NCBI GenBank assembly: GCA_016180645.1
Contig: JACPAV010000018.1
Location: 62,001-121,034 of the forward strand
DNA length: 59,034 nt
Direction: 5' to 3'
DNA from: Nitrospirota bacterium
GTDB taxonomy: Bacteria > JACPQY01
The translations under genes and the position numbers were made by a program. A model generated the notes under the pieces. That model worked only from the letters and a program-made list of their open reading frames with translations, was not told the DNA's origin and made no database searches. Of this stretch, positions 44,619 to 54,001 are shown piece after piece (the first letter of the stretch is position 1; each line of letters begins with the position of its first letter).

Positions 44619-45827
44619 ATGACACGAAGAAGGGCGATGGGGGTCGGGATCCTGATTTCATTCGTTGCCGCGGCTGTCTTCTTGTTGATGCGAAGCGGCA
44701 GAGGGTCAAGAGAATGGGAGATCTCCCGCAACACCGCGCCGGTTTTTTTCTACGATCGCTTTCCCCGCGCCACCGACCAAGCCTCCGAAACGCTCTTGAA
44801 GCGGCTGTTGAGCGATTACCACGACCCCGCGGATGGACTTTTTTTTGATTTCCTCGGAAACGGAAAAGGAGTTTTGTATCAGCTCAATGCTTTCGGCAAA
44901 CCTTTTGACTTTCATGTAAATGGATCGACAAAGACGGCCGCCTTCAATGCCTGGGTGGGAATCACCGCGGCGACCGCTCTCGCGGCCAAGAGCGGCGTTG
45001 TCCATCGATCCCTTCTCGAAGACTTGGCCGGATCCATGCGCCAACGGTTCTGGCAAGACGATGAACAATCCTACGACATTCTTGGGGACGGGAAGCAGTA
45101 CGATGCCATCAATGACGCCCTCGTCGGGGCGTTCTATCTGTACTTGGCCCAACGGGTCGGACATGCCCCCTACCTGGACTGGGGCAGAGATGGAATCGAG
45201 GCCGTCATGAGACGCATTAACGACGGTGGAAGGATCGCTTGTTGCGAAATCGCCGGCCGGCCCTACCCTGAGATGTACTCGCGGCATGGCCTGATTCCGG
45301 CCGTTCTGGCGTACGCCTTCCAGCTAACCGGAGAAGAGCGGTATGCCCGCTCCGCCGTAGCCGTCGCCGATCTCTTCCTCAAAGAATTCTGGACGGGGAC
45401 TTATTTCCGCGATTGGATCTCGATAGGAACCGACTCGGAAATCGGCATGGGCATGTTGGAGGTGTTCGCCATGACCGGCCGCGAAAAGTACCTCCACGCC
45501 GTCGAAACATTGGTCGAACACTATCACAATCCGCATGGGGAGATAGCCCACGATCCGGGAGATCACAACGACGTGCGCCACGATCAGCATGTCAACTCCG
45601 TTGTCGACCAGGCGGAGTTCATCATCCTCCTGCGCAATCTTGCCCAGATCACAGGGCGCAGGGAGGTACGCCTCTTGGCAGATCAAAGGGCCGCACAATT
45701 GAGTGCCTGCTACAATGAGCACCTGCACCTGTATCCCCACATGTGCTTCGCGGGTCCCCGGCGGGAAGGCGACTATTTCTCCGCCATCAATGCCCTCGCG
45801 TATCTCTCCTTGTCCGGCGGACTCTGA
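44619..45827 (+). CDS. Membrane-anchored (alpha/alpha)6 six-hairpin glycosidase-like protein
   Basis: AAGGAG RBS, N-terminal TM, repeated L...TG...Y...A helical hairpins (FQLTGEERYARSA, FAMTGREKYLHA, AQITGRRE). Confidence 0.6.
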   Translation: MTRRRAMGVGILISFVAAAVFLLMRSGRGSREWEISRNTAPVFFYDRFPRATDQASETLLKRLLSDYHDPADGLFFDFLGNGKGVLYQLNAFGKPFDFHVNGSTKTAAFNAWVGITAATALAAKSGVVHRSLLEDLAGSMRQRFWQDDEQSYDILGDGKQYDAINDALVGAFYLYLAQRVGHAPYLDWGRDGIEAVMRRINDGGRIACCEIAGRPYPEMYSRHGLIPAVLAYAFQLTGEERYARSAVAVADLFLKEFWTGTYFRDWISIGTDSEIGMGMLEVFAMTGREKYLHAVETLVEHYHNPHGEIAHDPGDHNDVRHDQHVNSVVDQAEFIILLRNLAQITGRREVRLLADQRAAQLSACYNEHLHLYPHMCFAGPRREGDYFSAINALAYLSLSGGL

Positions 45828-45973
45828 CCGCAAACGCCGGGGGCGGCCGTAGGCAGCGCCCCCGCGGTCTGTTTTACGTCAAAAGTCGCGCCTCACCGGA
45901 TCGGGAGTGGAAAAACACCGCTCTTGTGCCGTGGGCATGCTGATGTATCCTTCCCTGGCGAAGGACATGAAAG

Positions 45974-46705
45974 ATGATTGAGGGGAAACGCGTCTCGCTC
46001 ATTCTGCCTTGCCTGGATGAGGAAAACGGCCTGCGCATGCTGTTGAAGAATATTCCGAGTGCCGTAGATGAGACGATCGTCGTGGATAACGGCTCGACCG
46101 ACAAGACCGCCGCGATCGGCCGGGAAGCCGGAGCCCGGGTCGTTCATGAACCGCGCCGCGGCTACGGGCGAGCGTGTCTCCGCGGGCTCACGGAAGCGCG
46201 GGGAGAAATCCTGGTCGTCATGGATGGGGACGGGACCTATCCCGTGAACCGCGTGGAGACCGTCGTGAGCAAGATGGTGCGAGAGAAGTATGACTTCCTG
46301 GTTACGAGGCGGCTTCCCCTCGGAACTCCTTCGATTCGAAGCCGCCTCCGGAGGCTCGGGTGCTACGTGCTTGATCAGACCGCCCGGCTCCTCTTCGGCA
46401 TTCCACGGATGGATACTCAATCCGGATTCTGGGCTCTACGACGAAGCGCTCTGCCCCTTCTTGGGCCCGGAAGTCCGGGAATGTCCTTCTCAGAAGAAAT
46501 CAAGATTGAAGCTTTCACGCGAAAAGACATGCGGGCCGGCCAATGGATCGTTGAATACCGGGGAGAACCCAGGCCGGGAACCAGCAAGCTCCGGCCCTTC
46601 CGGGACGGGCTCTCCACTTTCCTATTCCTCTGGATACAGAGAGGTCGCCATTTTCTGCGGATTCACGGTGAAGAACATCATAAAAACCACGGACCCACCC
46701 AGTAG
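45974..46705 (+). CDS. GT2 glycosyltransferase, DPM1-like (polyprenol-phosphate sugar synthase)
   Basis: ILPCLDEE, VVDNGSTD, GYGRA, MDGDGTY, DTQSGF, R.GTSKL. Confidence 0.88.
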   Translation: MIEGKRVSLILPCLDEENGLRMLLKNIPSAVDETIVVDNGSTDKTAAIGREAGARVVHEPRRGYGRACLRGLTEARGEILVVMDGDGTYPVNRVETVVSKMVREKYDFLVTRRLPLGTPSIRSRLRRLGCYVLDQTARLLFGIPRMDTQSGFWALRRSALPLLGPGSPGMSFSEEIKIEAFTRKDMRAGQWIVEYRGEPRPGTSKLRPFRDGLSTFLFLWIQRGRHFLRIHGEEHHKNHGPTQ

Positions 46706-48042
46706 TAGCCCTCGCAGGGAACAATGAATCGAAAACGGGAGGACCGAGACATCGCCACGCGGTCCCGAGAAGGATCCGCCTTCAGCTCGCGCGCGGTTAC
46801 GACGGTAAAATCGGAATCGGCAACCTCCAATGTAGAACCGGCGGGAGCCGACACGCGAACGAGCTTCCCGGCCAACCAAAATGAACGGACGTGCGCCGAT
46901 ACGTCTTTGCACGGCCCCGGAGGCGGTGTCGGCAGTCGCCAGGTCTGGTTTCCGTACCCCGCCCGCTTCATCGCCAAGTAGGGTTCGAGCGTGTGACACG
47001 CCGTTTGGGCGAATTCGGACCCAAAAACGCTTGACCTCCCCGCCTTGAATGAATGGGTGGCCGGATCATATCTGTCCCGAACCATCTTCCATCCGACCCG
47101 AAACGGGCGGGATGTCTCCGGGAGGTACCCTTGGAGACCCAGCAGCGCGATGGACGCGGGATACACGTGGGATTCATCCAACGCCGTCAGAAGGTATTCC
47201 ATCAGCTCCTGGTTGACTTTCCGGAACGCTTCGTAGCTGCTCACGCCTACGCCTTTCCACATGAGAAGCGTCAGCCCGTCTCCCACGATATAGTCCGGAA
47301 AATACTCCCCCTTGTAGGCTGAACTGAGGATCGATGCGTCGTTTGCGGCTCGCGCGCCTTGAATGATCTTGTCCCCAACAGGCAATCCCACTTTCAGCAA
47401 ACCCATGATCGCCGCCGGGTTCGCCTCGTTGGACGAAACGGAATACCCTTCGCCTGTCCTTCGTACGGCTCTCGAGTAGTCGAGGTTCACCCAGCCGCCG
47501 TCCTGGACACGCAGGCCGATCAAAAGTTTCATGTGATCCGAGAGGGATCCCGGGGAGCGCAACACGTCGCGGGATCCCGCCAGTTCCAACACCTTTGGAC
47601 CGGCGCAGCCCATGTCAAATCCGGGGACAATCCCGCCATGCGAATCCGTCGATTGGCGGATGAATTCAAGGATCTGATTCGTGAGGGTTTCTGATCCGGG
47701 AATGAGGGCTGACGCCGCCGCAAAATACAGAATGCAATGAAGATCGTACCGGAGGCCTAGATCGGATTCACGCTGACTGCCCGTCGCGCGATCGATATGC
47801 CGGGGCAAACGGTCCAACTCGTCCGGTGTGTGCTTCTTGACCTCCTCAAAATGCTCCGCTGTTCTCCGAATCAGCCACTTGGCCGCCTGATCAATCTCAA
47901 CTTGTGGAAAATCCATTTCGTCGGAAACCATTTCGACCGTGCGCGGCGATCTCTCCGCGAACACGCAGGCGGGCAGCCCGACACAGCCGACTGAAATGAG
48001 CAGGGCCCATCGTCCACCAAGCGCCCCAAATCTTCGCGCCAT
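46678..48042 (-). CDS. Exported alpha/alpha-toroid protein (prenyltransferase/terpene-cyclase-like repeats)
   Basis: Signal-peptide-like N-terminus, IDQAAKWL, QDGGW, AAIMGL, small beta-rich C-domain; start uncertain (48042-48120). Confidence 0.5.
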   Translation of the reverse strand: MARRFGALGGRWALLISVGCVGLPACVFAERSPRTVEMVSDEMDFPQVEIDQAAKWLIRRTAEHFEEVKKHTPDELDRLPRHIDRATGSQRESDLGLRYDLHCILYFAAASALIPGSETLTNQILEFIRQSTDSHGGIVPGFDMGCAGPKVLELAGSRDVLRSPGSLSDHMKLLIGLRVQDGGWVNLDYSRAVRRTGEGYSVSSNEANPAAIMGLLKVGLPVGDKIIQGARAANDASILSSAYKGEYFPDYIVGDGLTLLMWKGVGVSSYEAFRKVNQELMEYLLTALDESHVYPASIALLGLQGYLPETSRPFRVGWKMVRDRYDPATHSFKAGRSSVFGSEFAQTACHTLEPYLAMKRAGYGNQTWRLPTPPPGPCKDVSAHVRSFWLAGKLVRVSAPAGSTLEVADSDFTVVTARELKADPSRDRVAMSRSSRFRFIVPCEGYYWVGPWFL

Positions 48043-48166
48043 GATGGCGAGCGATTTTCCTTCCATGAACATAAATCGACCGGTTATCATGTCCCTTCCC
48101 GCTGGAGAAATCAATATCATTGTTCCATCTCCACGGATGTCGTCGCGCCCCTCGCAGCATCATGAT

Positions 48167-49612
48167 TCAGTATGGAGAGCAACGGTACACGCGGAGCCCG
48201 CCGTCTCGGCTGGAGAAAAGGTACTCCAGCCGCGCGGCGCCCACGAGGGAATCGCCCGCCGAGGGCGTGACCAGAATTCCATATCCCTGGGGCGGGCGAC
48301 GGCTCGGCGCCAAGCTATCGCCGAAGAAAAATGGCGGCGGCCCACCCACCCGCTCTCCCACGTAGGCCCAAGACCATCGGGGAGCAAACCAGATGCAAGG
48401 GGAGCGGCTCTGAAAAACGAAATCGGGTTCCGTAATGTCCATCGCGACGAAATCCGGCCGCTCCCGGGCGAGGTGGGCCTGAAACCGTCGTTCGAGCTCC
48501 TCATAGTCCGAGCCATACCTCACTTTTGGGTTTGGAAAAAGCGACGCCGGGAAACCCCTGCGCAGGATCGGCCACGATTGGACGCCAAGGGCCAGGAGAA
48601 GAATGACGACACCGTATTTCCGGAAATGCGACGATACCCGATTCTCGGCAAGCCGGTCGAACACCTGCCAACTCCACAGGATCAGCCAGGGGAGAAGAAA
48701 CAACAGGAAACGGATTTCAAATCCCTCTCCAAAGACAGTCATCAGGACCACCGTCCCGATCACCGTCGCGATCAGGACAAAGTAGGTGCCGAAGTACCAT
48801 CTGCTCTTGACCCACCAACCGAGCAGACCGCCGACAATCCATAACGGTCCGATCACGCGGAAGATGTCTGCCACAACGGCAAGATCGAAGCGTCTCGCGG
48901 CCCGCGCGGGAAACAGAGCGTGACGCTTGGCGTAGTAGGCCACCGCGTGAAAAGGATTGCCGAATACGATCGCGTCCACCGCCAAAGACAAGAACACCGG
49001 AAGGACAATCCACATCATGCTCCTCCACTCTTTGCGGTGAACCATGATCAGGAACCAAGCCCCGGCGGCGAAAGCCCCCTCAAACTTGACAAGGGGGAGA
49101 CACCCGAACAAGGCGGCGGCGGCCTTGCCGTGCCCGAGAAGCCCCGACCAGAGCGCGCCAAACAGAACCAGGGCGAAGAAAGGTTCCGGGAGAGCCGTCC
49201 AATGCGCCACGCTGAACCAAGGATGCAGCGCCAGCAACAGGACCGGCGCCGGATGCGGCCGCCCCCCCGCCTCCTTGGAAAAAAACACGATCATGATCAA
49301 AACCGCGGCCCCGCAGAGAACGCTGAACATTCGGCCGGAGGTGACCGGATCCAAGCCCAGGGCGCTTCCGGCGTGAGTGGCCAGCCACACCAGAGGCATC
49401 CAAGGACGACGCTGAGGATTCGTCAACAAACGAGGATTTTGATCGGCACAGTAAGCCATGATGGCGTTGATCTCCTCCACGCAGCCGATGTCGGACCCGA
49501 GCCCAATCCGACGCGCCGTGGGGAAGTCCCGGACGCGCAGAAGGGAAATCACGGAGCCAACCACCCAGGCAAGAACCACAAGAAAACACGTGAGATGCGC
49601 CCTTCGGTTCAC
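48167..49612 (-). CDS. GT-C-like multipass membrane protein
   Basis: LDPVTSGRMFS, LALHP, PEPFF, LPLVKFEG, EIRF, soluble C-domain. Confidence 0.65.
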   Translation of the reverse strand: MNRRAHLTCFLVVLAWVVGSVISLLRVRDFPTARRIGLGSDIGCVEEINAIMAYCADQNPRLLTNPQRRPWMPLVWLATHAGSALGLDPVTSGRMFSVLCGAAVLIMIVFFSKEAGGRPHPAPVLLLALHPWFSVAHWTALPEPFFALVLFGALWSGLLGHGKAAAALFGCLPLVKFEGAFAAGAWFLIMVHRKEWRSMMWIVLPVFLSLAVDAIVFGNPFHAVAYYAKRHALFPARAARRFDLAVVADIFRVIGPLWIVGGLLGWWVKSRWYFGTYFVLIATVIGTVVLMTVFGEGFEIRFLLFLLPWLILWSWQVFDRLAENRVSSHFRKYGVVILLLALGVQSWPILRRGFPASLFPNPKVRYGSDYEELERRFQAHLARERPDFVAMDITEPDFVFQSRSPCIWFAPRWSWAYVGERVGGPPPFFFGDSLAPSRRPPQGYGILVTPSAGDSLVGAARLEYLFSSRDGGLRVYRCSPY

Positions 49613-49651
49613 GGATGGGGAAGATCATGGCATGATCCCGGTCACCAAACA

Positions 49652-51178
49652 ATGCCGGGAGAAAGAAGTCATCCACGCCGCCCGCGAAGACCTTTGCGGT
49701 GGATCCTTGCCGCAACTCTCCTGTGGCTTTCGCTGCTGGTGGCAGCCGGCTACCATCTCAATGATCTTTCCTCGGCTGCAAAGATTGACCGGAGGATCCT
49801 CCATACCATCGATGACCACTGGAGAGGAACGGTTCCCGTATGCGCTCTGGAGAAGCCGAGTCTCCTCTTCTATTCAAACCCCCGGTTCGGTTTCGGCCTG
49901 ATCGTCATGGCGTTTCAGGGCCTCTGGAGCCGCTGGGCCGGACTGGACCCCTTTCTGGGGTTCCGTTGGCTGAACGCCGCCATCAGCGCGGTCGGCGCGG
50001 CCGTCTTCCTTCTCCTCGCTCGAAACTCGATCCCACCCCTGCTTCGATGGGGCGTGATTCTCGCCGCCTTGGGGCAACCCTTGTCCCTCCTCCTATCGAT
50101 TTCAGGATTTCAAGAAGTTCTGTGCGCTTGCCTGCTTCTGCTGCTCGCTCATTCCTGGGGAAGGAACAAGATGGTCTGTGCCGTGCTTGCAGGCTACCTC
50201 CCCCTCGTGAGGGCGGAGACGATCTTCATCACGCTGGGGGTGTCCATCTCTCTCATGAGGTCCCGGCGCATTCTGCCTGGGATCGCCGCTCTCGCGCCTC
50301 TTTCGGCCTTCCAACTGGCCGGGAGATGGCTGTTGGGCGACTGGCCGGATGCCATCTCCTACGCCGCTCTCGGGCCGTTTCAGATCTCAGGAAGATCCTA
50401 CTGGACTGAGCTCAAGCCCCATCTCTTGGAAACGTTGACCTCCTACGGCTGGATCACCAGCCTGGGCCTTCTGGCGGCCGTTGGAACAGGCTTGTGGATC
50501 CCCAAAGCGCGAACAAACGCCCTCCTCGCCGCTTCCTACCTTCTGGGTTCGGCGGCCGCCTTCACCGTTTCTCCCGCGCAATTCCCGTGCGGCCGGTACG
50601 TATTCCCCGCCTTCGTCCTCTCGCTCCTCTGCCTCCCGCAAGTCGTGGCAAACGCCGTGAATAGGTTCCCAAGCTTGAAGCGATCTCTCCCGCCTGTTTT
50701 CGCGGTATGGGCGATGATGTCCTTCGTCGAAGGTTTGTCCATCTGGCGCCGCGGACTCCCCCCGCAGTCGAGCGCGTACCAGTTCGGCGCTCTCGCGAAG
50801 GCGGAAAACGACCCCTTTCGCGGTTCTCGGGAGTGGCTCCTCGACTATCTCAAGCGTGACCCTGTCGATTGGGTCTTCTTCTCGTGGGAGTTCTACGATG
50901 TCCGGTCCTTCACCGCCGAAAACTGTTTCATCTTCCGCCGACATCAACTGCTTTTCGGCCCGCCCCGTCCCCCCGACGACTACGTCATCGCCCAATGGAA
51001 AGGAGGCGTACCCGTGCTCGATCTCGGAGCCATGAAAGTGCGCAAGTCATTGCCGGAAAACCAACCCGGTCTGATGATCACGAGATCCAGGAGATACGCC
51101 CCCTCCTCCGGCAACTGGGAGAAGATCGCGGTCTTTCCAAACGACGTCCAAGTCTTCCGGCACACACCCGTCAGATGA
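49652..51178 (+). CDS. GT-C-like multipass membrane protein (related to 48167-49612)
   Basis: LDPFLGFRWLN, FQEVL, LPLVRAET, GRYVFP; start placed at ATG 49652 within ORF 48920..51178. Confidence 0.65.
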   Translation: MPGERSHPRRPRRPLRWILAATLLWLSLLVAAGYHLNDLSSAAKIDRRILHTIDDHWRGTVPVCALEKPSLLFYSNPRFGFGLIVMAFQGLWSRWAGLDPFLGFRWLNAAISAVGAAVFLLLARNSIPPLLRWGVILAALGQPLSLLLSISGFQEVLCACLLLLLAHSWGRNKMVCAVLAGYLPLVRAETIFITLGVSISLMRSRRILPGIAALAPLSAFQLAGRWLLGDWPDAISYAALGPFQISGRSYWTELKPHLLETLTSYGWITSLGLLAAVGTGLWIPKARTNALLAASYLLGSAAAFTVSPAQFPCGRYVFPAFVLSLLCLPQVVANAVNRFPSLKRSLPPVFAVWAMMSFVEGLSIWRRGLPPQSSAYQFGALAKAENDPFRGSREWLLDYLKRDPVDWVFFSWEFYDVRSFTAENCFIFRRHQLLFGPPRPPDDYVIAQWKGGVPVLDLGAMKVRKSLPENQPGLMITRSRRYAPSSGNWEKIAVFPNDVQVFRHTPVR

Positions 51179-53070
51179 CTGAAGACCCTCTCCGAATCGT
51201 CGGAAAGCCGCCCGACTCACCCGCGTGGAACTGGGTGATCCGCGTCTCCCTTCTGGCGCTCGGCATGAGCACCTCTCTGGCTCTCGGAAACACGCCGTTC
51301 TTCACGAACGAATACGACGACATCGTCGGGTTCGGAAAGGAAGTGACCGGGTTTGAATGGGACGATCTCTGGAGAGTATTCGCCGCAGGATCGCCCCGCA
51401 TGACCAACTGGCGCTACCGGCCCGTACCGGACCTGTTCGTGATCGTGATGCACATGTCGGTCGGCGCCGTCCCGATCTACTTTCGGATCTTCTACGGCCT
51501 CGTCCTGGGCACGTTCCTCAACGCCGTCTACGTTGTGGGCAGAAGGCTTGGGGGATCAAGTCGTGTCGCCCTGGCGACCGCGGTCGTATCGGGGTTCCTC
51601 GGTCCGGTCCTTTGGGAAACCTGGTTCTACAGCGGATCGGAGTTGGTGGCCGCAACGTTTCTCTACATCGCGCTCGGAACCTTGGCCCGAACCGAAACGC
51701 GATCTCGCCGCTGGCCCCAATGGATCTTGTTCTCGTTGGCGTTTGGCTTGGCTGTGTTCAGCAAAGAAACCGTCCGCGCCTATGGCCTGCCCGTCGTTGC
51801 CGCCTTCCTCTGGGCTCACCGCATGCGTCTCCGAAGCATCGGGGGCGTTTTGGCGCCTTCCCTTCTCCTGACCGGCCTGTCGGTCTGGCTCTCCAACCGG
51901 AATACGCCGCCACATTGGAGTTGGATCGCGAAGTTCATGCCCGGAGAAGAGGGGTTCTGGACTTCCGCTCAATCCCAACTCCTTAGCTTGGCCGCTCAAT
52001 GGACGACTCCTCTCGGCGTGGATTTCTTCCTTCTTCTCGCGGTCGGGACATCGGTGCTGAGTCTGAGTTCGGCCCGAAGCACCACTGCACGGCGATGGGT
52101 TCTCCTCGTAGGGATCATGCTTTTCATCGCTCACCTTGGAGCGCCGGTGCTCGAACCGGTCGTCTACTTCCAAGCGTACTACTACTCCAAACCGTGCTAC
52201 ACGTTCCTGCTCCTCGGACCCGCGTACTTCCTCCTCGGCTCAACAGCCGCTTTCTTCCGCCCGGCTCCGGGGACTCGGCTTGCGGCAGCCACCGCATGGA
52301 TCGTTCTCGCCATTCTGGCGGGTTCGGTCATTCTCTTCCCCTTCGGGAAAACCGACCCGTCCACCAGAGCGCTCCTACCGGTCCTCCCTCTCATCGCCCT
52401 CCTGGGAATTCGCGGGGGGGCCGCGCTTCTCTCCACACAGACAGATGCAGTGAGCAAATACGCGGGCCTACTGCTCTCCGTGCTGGTCTGCCTCTCGACA
52501 GGCTATCACTTGGTTGCCGGAACCATCAACCTGGCGAGCGAGACGATAGCCCGGGGAGAAGTGGACCATGGAATGCGCAAACATCTTGCGGGCATGGACC
52601 TGGAGGGCACGTCGGTCATCGATCCCGACCCGCTCTTCCCCTTGACGGCGAGATTCTTCGCCGTCTTTTCCGAGCAGCCGCCCCGGCGGGTTTTTGACTC
52701 GCCCTCTTGGCAGGAGGTCCTGGTGGCGGTGAGAGAGGGGCGGCTGGGCAACCGGAAAGTTCTGCTCTCCCACTGGGAGACCAAACCCGATCCCGGCGGA
52801 AAAAACCCCTCGGCGTTTTGCCTCGACTTGTCCTGGATGGACGAACACCACGACCTGATTGGAAAGTGGAAGGTGGAGAGACTGGCCTCGGCCTCCTGCC
52901 CGAAAGATTCGGATTTCGTCCTCTTGGATCGGTTCGGCTCCCTCGTCAGACAGGAAAAGTCCTCGTTCATCCACCTCCCTCTGTTCGCCAACGATATTCC
53001 CCGTCGAACCCAGCAGGGAGTTTCGCTGCTTCTTCGCTTCACGTTGGACCGCAGAACCTACTCTTTTTGA
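51175..53070 (+). CDS. GT-C-like multipass membrane protein (paralog of 31597-33405)
   Basis: EYDD, YRPVP, FSKE, many TM segments; ATGA overlap with the previous gene. Confidence 0.65.
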   Translation: MTEDPLRIVGKPPDSPAWNWVIRVSLLALGMSTSLALGNTPFFTNEYDDIVGFGKEVTGFEWDDLWRVFAAGSPRMTNWRYRPVPDLFVIVMHMSVGAVPIYFRIFYGLVLGTFLNAVYVVGRRLGGSSRVALATAVVSGFLGPVLWETWFYSGSELVAATFLYIALGTLARTETRSRRWPQWILFSLAFGLAVFSKETVRAYGLPVVAAFLWAHRMRLRSIGGVLAPSLLLTGLSVWLSNRNTPPHWSWIAKFMPGEEGFWTSAQSQLLSLAAQWTTPLGVDFFLLLAVGTSVLSLSSARSTTARRWVLLVGIMLFIAHLGAPVLEPVVYFQAYYYSKPCYTFLLLGPAYFLLGSTAAFFRPAPGTRLAAATAWIVLAILAGSVILFPFGKTDPSTRALLPVLPLIALLGIRGGAALLSTQTDAVSKYAGLLLSVLVCLSTGYHLVAGTINLASETIARGEVDHGMRKHLAGMDLEGTSVIDPDPLFPLTARFFAVFSEQPPRRVFDSPSWQEVLVAVREGRLGNRKVLLSHWETKPDPGGKNPSAFCLDLSWMDEHHDLIGKWKVERLASASCPKDSDFVLLDRFGSLVRQEKSSFIHLPLFANDIPRRTQQGVSLLLRFTLDRRTYSF

Positions 53071-53145
53071 TTCCTGTTCAAGATAATCATGGCTTCCACT
53101 GTCAAAATCAAAATGCACTAACGTGGCGTCACATTACCGCCCCTT

Positions 53146-53161
53146 TGTGATATGAATCACA
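53146..53161. promoter_or_regulatory. CRP/FNR-family binding site (perfect CRP core)
   Basis: TGTGA-TATGAA-TCACA, upstream of TAGTAT (53182-53187) and TTGACA (53191-53196). Confidence 0.7.
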
Positions 53162-53226
53162 TTCCCATTTTGTTCGACAGGTAGTATCCCTTGACATTTC
53201 ACGAACAATTCGGGCAAAATGCAGTA

Positions 53227-54000
53227 ATGGGAACCATCGGAGTCCTCGACCTCCGACATGGTGGCAGGGTATTTTCCAGTTGGCTCATGGTTGTGCCCGC
53301 CGCCGTCATCGCCATAGGAGCAGCCGCCTGCTCCGAAAATACCAAGACTGAAGAAATGCTTGCACCCACCAAAGACCCAATGCCCGTGCTCGAAGGGTCG
53401 ATTCTGTCGGCCGTTCCGGAACCGGCCAGGGCCCTTGTCGTCGCAGCAAACGATGCCCTCGCCAATTCCAAGAAGATTGAAGACGCAAAAGCTTTGGCGC
53501 AAGGATTGAGTCTTCAGATGGACGTGCTGAAGAACAATCCGGAATGGGGTCAGGCCCTTGAAGCCGCCGCCACGAACGAGAAGGCTAAGGCGGAGTTGCT
53601 CAAGCAGGTTCAAAAGGAGCATGGCGACAAGGGAGTAGAAGTCGTAAAATATGTTCTTTCGCAGTACATGGATACTCCGGAGGAAAGAACGATGTCCACG
53701 TTTACAGCGGAAATCTTGGCCGTCGACGTGGCCTACATGTCGCCTGAAGCGGATCCACCTCACCTTCTCCTGGAAAGGTACCAAAAAACGCGTTTGCAAG
53801 TCGAAAAGTGGGCCCCTCAGCCGGCTGAACCCGACGCCCAGGGAAAAACCACCCCCTCCAAAACGGAGGAAGGTCGCCTGGCGCTTCTGCTCCAGTTGGA
53901 TGAACGAATTTCACGCCTGGAGAATCACATCCAAGAAAAAAGGCAGGCCGCATTAAGTGCCCCACCCCTGCCGGTCGGAATGTCGGAGGGTTCCGATTAA
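53227..54000 (+). CDS. Putative helical lipoprotein
   Basis: Hydrophobic stretch ending AAAC (lipobox-like), then a charged alpha-helical sequence. Confidence 0.65.
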   Translation: MGTIGVLDLRHGGRVFSSWLMVVPAAVIAIGAAACSENTKTEEMLAPTKDPMPVLEGSILSAVPEPARALVVAANDALANSKKIEDAKALAQGLSLQMDVLKNNPEWGQALEAAATNEKAKAELLKQVQKEHGDKGVEVVKYVLSQYMDTPEERTMSTFTAEILAVDVAYMSPEADPPHLLLERYQKTRLQVEKWAPQPAEPDAQGKTTPSKTEEGRLALLLQLDERISRLENHIQEKRQAALSAPPLPVGMSEGSD

Positions 54001-54001
54001 C

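Noticed and set aside
20078-53070. Calling the cluster a hopanoid, ladderane or bacteriochlorophyll pathway
   Set aside because: No shc/hpnCDE, no fatty-acid synthase or ACP genes and no bch genes in the window; similarity is only at the rSAM family level.
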